Source of the DNA: Rhabdothermincola salaria
GTDB lineage: Bacteria > Actinomycetota > Acidimicrobiia > Acidimicrobiales > Acidimicrobilacustridaceae
Length of the DNA: 64,000 bases
Direction: 5' to 3'
Assembly (NCBI RefSeq): GCF_021246445.1
Contig: NZ_JAJQXW010000002.1
Coordinates: 744,001-808,000 of the forward strand
The notes beneath the pieces are model-generated. The model was not told the DNA's origin. It searched no databases and saw only the letters and a list, made by a program, of their open reading frames with translations. This document shows positions 59,826 through 64,000 of this stretch, piece after piece. Position numbers and translations under genes: made by a program. How positions within the stretch are numbered: position 1 is the stretch's first letter; every line of letters begins with the position of its first letter.

Positions 59826-60661
59826 GCCCCGACGAGGTCGCCCCCGTCGACCCCGACTCCGGCGCCGCCCCCAGCCCCACCGAGCTCGGCATCGACGGCC
59901 TGCTCGACGGCCGGGTGGTGCTCGTCACCGGCGCGGCGGCCGGCGTGGGCCGAGGGGTGGCCCTGGCCGCCGCCGCGGCCGGGGCCACGGTCGGTCTCGG
60001 CGTGCGCCGGCCCGAGGGCGGCGAGGCGGTCGCGGCCGAGATCGCCACCCTCGGGGGACCCCCGGCGATGGTCCTGCGCGGCGACGTCACCGACCCCGAC
60101 CAGGTGCGAGGCTCGGTCGAGGACCTGGTCGCGGCCCACGGCCGCCTCGACGCCGTGGTCCACAACGCCACCAGCAACCGCTCGAGCGAGCCGGTCGAGC
60201 TCGAGACGGCCTCGCTCGACCTCTGGCAGGAGCACGCCTCGGTGGCGCTCACCGCCGCCTTCCGCCTGGCTCGGGTCGCCCACCCCCATCTGGCCCGCTC
60301 CCGCGGTGCCTACCTGTTGATGGTCTCGCCGGCCGGCATCGACGGCTCGGGTCCGCTCGGCTTCTACAGCATGGTGAAGGCCGGCCAGCGGGGGTTCGTG
60401 AAGGCCCTGGCCCGCGAGTGGGGCCCCGACGGCATCCGGGTCAACGGCGTGGCCCCACTGGCCGTCACCCCGGCGCTCGAGAACCGCTTCACCGTCGACC
60501 CGTCCATGCACGAGCGCCTCCGGGCCCTGATCCCCCTGGGCTGGTTCGGCGATCCCGCCGCCGACATCGGGCCTCCGTCGGTGTTCCTGTGCAGCGACGC
60601 CGCGCGCTACGTCACCGGACAGACCCTCGTGGTCAGCGGCGGCCGCTTCACCGGCCTGTGA
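59822..60661 (+). CDS. SDR family oxidoreductase
   Basis: TGAAAGVG, HNA, YSMVK, WGPDGIRVN; ATGA overlap. Confidence 0.92.
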   Translation: MSPDEVAPVDPDSGAAPSPTELGIDGLLDGRVVLVTGAAAGVGRGVALAAAAAGATVGLGVRRPEGGEAVAAEIATLGGPPAMVLRGDVTDPDQVRGSVEDLVAAHGRLDAVVHNATSNRSSEPVELETASLDLWQEHASVALTAAFRLARVAHPHLARSRGAYLLMVSPAGIDGSGPLGFYSMVKAGQRGFVKALAREWGPDGIRVNGVAPLAVTPALENRFTVDPSMHERLRALIPLGWFGDPAADIGPPSVFLCSDAARYVTGQTLVVSGGRFTGL

Positions 60662-60662
60662 A

Positions 60663-60678
60663 CCTGACGCCCGTTAGG
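60663..60678. promoter_or_regulatory. Putative TetR operator B overlapping the tetR -10
   Basis: CCTGAC-GCCC-GTTAGG near-palindrome overlapping TAGGCT (60675-60680). Confidence 0.55.
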
Positions 60679-60686
60679 CTGCGGTG

Positions 60687-61328
60687 GTGAGCGCCGCTTC
60701 GACCACGTCCGGTGCCCGGGGTCGGGGACGCAGCGGCGCGGCGGGGGCCAACGTCTCGGACCGGCGGGCCGAGATCCTGGCCACCGCGGCCGAGATCTTC
60801 GCTCGCAAGGGCTACGTCAACGCCACGGTCCGAGAGATCGCCGACGCCTCCGGCATCCTCGCCGGCAGCTTGTACCACCACTTCGAGTCCAAGGAGGCCA
60901 TGGTCGACGAGATCCTGTCGACCTTCCTCACCACGCTCGTGGGCCGGTACGAGGCGGTCATCGCCGCCGGCGACGACGTCGAGTCGACGCTTCGCACCCT
61001 CGTGCACGTCCAGTTCGAAGGCCTCATCGAGAACCGGGCGGCCATCACCCTGGCCAACAACGACAGCTACTACCTCCAGCAGATCCCCCGGTTCGCCTAT
61101 CTGCAGGAGACCGGTGCCCACATCGCCCGGTTGTGGGTCGGGGTGCTGCAGCGCGGTGTCGACGAGGGCGTGTTCCGGGCCGACGTCGATCCCGAGATGG
61201 TCTGGGTGTTCATCAAGGGCGCCATCTGGGCCACGGTGCAGTACCTGAGCGACGGTGGCCCCACGGCCAGCCAGACGATCGCGGACTCGTACCTGGCGGT
61301 CCTCTTCGACGGCGTGAAGGCGACCTGA
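60687..61328 (+). CDS. TetR family regulator, KstR2-like
   Basis: TVREIADASGILAGSLYHHFESKEAMVDEIL and C-terminal PRFAY...WVGVLQRG..EG.FR, resembling KstR2 as recalled; start may be 60684. Confidence 0.88.
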   Translation: MSAASTTSGARGRGRSGAAGANVSDRRAEILATAAEIFARKGYVNATVREIADASGILAGSLYHHFESKEAMVDEILSTFLTTLVGRYEAVIAAGDDVESTLRTLVHVQFEGLIENRAAITLANNDSYYLQQIPRFAYLQETGAHIARLWVGVLQRGVDEGVFRADVDPEMVWVFIKGAIWATVQYLSDGGPTASQTIADSYLAVLFDGVKAT

Positions 61329-61353
61329 GCCCGCCGCTCGGGCGGACCCTGTC

Positions 61354-62202
61354 TCAGCTCCGCCCGGTGAGGCGGTCCCGCAGCTCCTGGTTGTGCACGA
61401 ACACGGGAAGCTCGTCGGCGTCGTTGACCGCCGGGCGCACCGACGTGCCGCCGTCGACGGCGAGGCACTGGCCGGTGACGTAGCCGGCCTGCTCCGAGAG
61501 CAGGAAGAGGGTGGAAGCGGCGATGTCGTCGGCCGTGCCTCGGCGGCGCATGGGGATGACCAGCAGGTCGTCGCCGTCGGTGTCGCCGGGTGCGCGGGTG
61601 GAGGCGCTCTTGGGGGTGGCGATCGATCCGGGGGCGACCGCGTTGACCCGGATGTCGTGGCGGCCCCACTCGACGGCCAGCGTGCGGGTCAGCGACAGCA
61701 CGGCGGCCTTGGCGGCGGCGTAGGCCCCGGCGTAGGGCATGGCGTTGAGGGCGGCGACCGTGGCGATGTGCACGATGGCGCCACCCTCGCCCTGCTCGAC
61801 GAGCCGGGTGCCGATGGCCCGCGTGGCGTTGACGGTGACCCCGAAGTTGAGGGCCATGACGTCGTCGAAGGCGGGGTCGTCGCTGGCGAACGGCGCCCAC
61901 TGCGGTGGCCACATGCCGCCGGCCACCTGGACCCCGCCGTGGAGCGGGCCGAGGGCGCCGGCTCGGGCCACGACGTCGGCCACGGCGTCGCGGTCACGTC
62001 CGTCGGCCACGATGCCCAGGTGCTCGGAGCCGTCGGCGGCCAGCGCGTCGGTGGCCAGCCGCAGCTTGTCGGCGTCGACGTCGACGGCCACGACGGTGGC
62101 CCCGGCTCGACCGACGTGACGGGCGATGGCGGTGCCGATGCCCCCGCCGCCGGCGCCGACCACGACCACGACCTTGCCCGAGATCCCCCAGATGTCGTCC
62201 AT
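61354..62202 (-). CDS. SDR family oxidoreductase
   Basis: GAGGGGIG, YAAAK, IRVNAVAPG, VDGG. Confidence 0.9.
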   Translation of the reverse strand: MDDIWGISGKVVVVVGAGGGGIGTAIARHVGRAGATVVAVDVDADKLRLATDALAADGSEHLGIVADGRDRDAVADVVARAGALGPLHGGVQVAGGMWPPQWAPFASDDPAFDDVMALNFGVTVNATRAIGTRLVEQGEGGAIVHIATVAALNAMPYAGAYAAAKAAVLSLTRTLAVEWGRHDIRVNAVAPGSIATPKSASTRAPGDTDGDDLLVIPMRRRGTADDIAASTLFLLSEQAGYVTGQCLAVDGGTSVRPAVNDADELPVFVHNQELRDRLTGRS

Positions 62203-62286
62203 GGGCGCCGAACCTACCGTGGGTCGGGCTCGGGGGCGGCCGGCGGGGGACGATCGGCCCGGCGGTCGAGGCCGGTCAGCTCGTGG

Positions 62287-63117
62287 CTACAGGGAGTCGC
62301 GGACGTCGGCGGTGGTGTCGTCGGGGCGGTGCCATCCGCCCGCGGCCCAGTTGCCCCCGTCGACGTGGATGGTGGTCCCCGTGATCAACCTCGACAGCGG
62401 GCTGGCGAGGAACAGCGCGGCGGCCGCCGAGTCCTCGGGGGTGCCGAAGAACCCCAGCGGTGGCACGTAGGCGGGGAGGAACTCGGGCTCGCTGGCGAGC
62501 ATGGCGTCGCGCGCCCCTTTCTCGCCGCCGCTCGGCTGGGCGTCGGACGCGATGTTGTTGACGCGGATCCGACGACTCCCGAACTCGAGGGCCAGGGACT
62601 TCGAGAGGCTCGACACGGCCGTCTTCATGGCGGCGTACACGGCGAAGCCGGGCCCGGCCTGGTGGGCCTCGATCGAGGTGAGGTTGATGATCGAGCCGCC
62701 GTCGGTCATGTGGGGCACGACGGCGCGGATGAAGTGGGTGACCTGCCCGAAGTTCTCGGCCACGAGGGACGCCTCACCCTTGGCCGACACGTCGAGGAAG
62801 GAGCTCACGAAGGTGCCCCCGGCGTTGTTGACCAGCACGTCGACGTGGCCGAAGCGCTCGACGGTGGCGGCCACGTGGGCGTCGACCGCCTCGCTGTCGC
62901 GCACGTCGAGCACGTCGGCGTGCACGTCGGCCCCCAGCTCCCGGAGCCCGGCGACGGTGTCGGCCAGTCCGTCGGCGTCGCGGTCGCACACCGACAGCGA
63001 TGCCCCGCACCGGGCGAAGAGGCGGGCGGTCGCCTCACCGATGCCCTGGGCCGCGCCGGTGACGACGGCGACCTTGTCGGTGAGCAGGATCGAGTTCGCG
63101 TCGAAGAGGTCCCCCAT
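62287..63117 (-). CDS. SDR family oxidoreductase
   Basis: TGAAQGIG, NNAGG, YAAMK, VDGG; start ATG 63117. Confidence 0.92.
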   Translation of the reverse strand: MGDLFDANSILLTDKVAVVTGAAQGIGEATARLFARCGASLSVCDRDADGLADTVAGLRELGADVHADVLDVRDSEAVDAHVAATVERFGHVDVLVNNAGGTFVSSFLDVSAKGEASLVAENFGQVTHFIRAVVPHMTDGGSIINLTSIEAHQAGPGFAVYAAMKTAVSSLSKSLALEFGSRRIRVNNIASDAQPSGGEKGARDAMLASEPEFLPAYVPPLGFFGTPEDSAAAALFLASPLSRLITGTTIHVDGGNWAAGGWHRPDDTTADVRDSL

Positions 63118-63135
63118 GGCGGTCAGACTACGCAC

Positions 63136-64000
63136 ATGCGCCTGTGCATCTGGCCCCTCGCCCAGCAGCCCTGGTCGTCGGTCCTCGAGACCGCCGCCCA
63201 CGCCGACGTCACCGGCTGGGACGGCGTCTACGTCGCCGACCACTTCATGGGCGACGGGGTGCAGTTCGGCGCCGAGGACGGCCCCACCTGGGAGGCCACC
63301 GCCACCGTGGCCGCGCTGGCCGCCGTCACCGAGCGGGTACGGGTCGGCACGCTCGTGCTGTCGGCCACCTACCGCCACCCCGCGGTCGTCGCCAAGTGGG
63401 CCGGCACGGTCGACCACCTCAGCTCGGGCCGCCTCACGCTGGGTCTCGGAGCCGGCTGGCAGCGCAACGAGCACGAGCAGTACGGCATCGAGCTCCCGTC
63501 GCCGGGAGACCGGGTGCGCCTGCTCGACGAGACCTGCGCCGCCATCACGGGTCTGCTCCGCGACGAGCGCACGTCCGTGACCGGCCGCTTCGTGACCCTC
63601 ACCGACGCGGTGGCCGAGCCCAAGCCCGTCCAACCCCGCCTGCCTCTGCTCGTCGGCGCCAAGGGCGACCGCATGCTGGGAGTGGTGGCGCGCCACGCCG
63701 ACGTGTGGAACACGTGGGCCCTGCCCGACGCCCTGCGGGCCCGGTCGACGGTCCTCGACGAGCGGTGCGAGGCCCTCGGCCGTGACCCGGCCGGGGTGCA
63801 ACGCAGCGTTCAGGCGCTGGTGAAGCTCACCGACGACCGGTCCGAGGCTCGGGCCTTCGTGGAGCGGTCCGCCCCCCGGGCCGCGTTCGCCGGTCCGGCG
63901 ACGGCCTTCGCCGACCTGGTGGGGGACTGGGGTGCCGCCGGCGTCGCCGAGGTCGTCGTCCCCGACCTCCACCTCGGAGCGGGTCCGGCCCGCCGCCAGG
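63136..64000 (+). CDS. LLM class (F420-dependent-like) oxidoreductase, truncated by window edge
   Basis: Manual translation MRLCIWPLAQQPW...VADHFM...YRHPAVVAKW...DHLSSGRLTLGLGAGW; no stop before the window end. Confidence 0.88.
   Translation, partial: MRLCIWPLAQQPWSSVLETAAHADVTGWDGVYVADHFMGDGVQFGAEDGPTWEATATVAALAAVTERVRVGTLVLSATYRHPAVVAKWAGTVDHLSSGRLTLGLGAGWQRNEHEQYGIELPSPGDRVRLLDETCAAITGLLRDERTSVTGRFVTLTDAVAEPKPVQPRLPLLVGAKGDRMLGVVARHADVWNTWALPDALRARSTVLDERCEALGRDPAGVQRSVQALVKLTDDRSEARAFVERSAPRAAFAGPATAFADLVGDWGAAGVAEVVVPDLHLGAGPARRQ

Overview
High-GC actinobacterial chromosomal window, probably Acidimicrobiia (inferred from gene content and style). It holds about 60 CDS and one tRNA-Thr(UGU). 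I found no integrase, transposase, phage gene or CRISPR array. Main blocks: (1) a partial form-II CoxL-like molybdoenzyme; (2) an ectA...ectBCD hydroxyectoine cluster with ectA downstream of mgtE and separated from ectBCD by a 437-bp structured spacer; (3) tRNA-Thr followed by REP-like repeats; (4) DUF3263-LytR_C-otsB, otsA-desaturase, glycerate kinase, an acyl-CoA catabolic block, gpgS, moaD-like and CIRCE-groEL; (5) an OatA-like O-acyltransferase; (6) fdhD-ydeP-hemQ-larE; (7) glnK-glnD without amtB; (8) BVMO, D-aminoacylase and ethD-HNH-like-selO; (9) a two-component locus; (10) a P450/MFS/SDR/KstR2-like TetR block. The best candidate for an undescribed system is the two-component locus at 50.5-55.0 kb. 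An OmpR-family pair and an APH-fold kinase are bracketed by two small exported Pro/Ala-stalk proteins, one ending in (DDDF)n and the other in ([F/W]DS)n repeats. Related 11-bp-phased TCTCA(T/G) boxes lie upstream of all three predicted transcription units. Many genes look leaderless (TANNNT 6-8 nt before the start codon), which I used to refine start positions.
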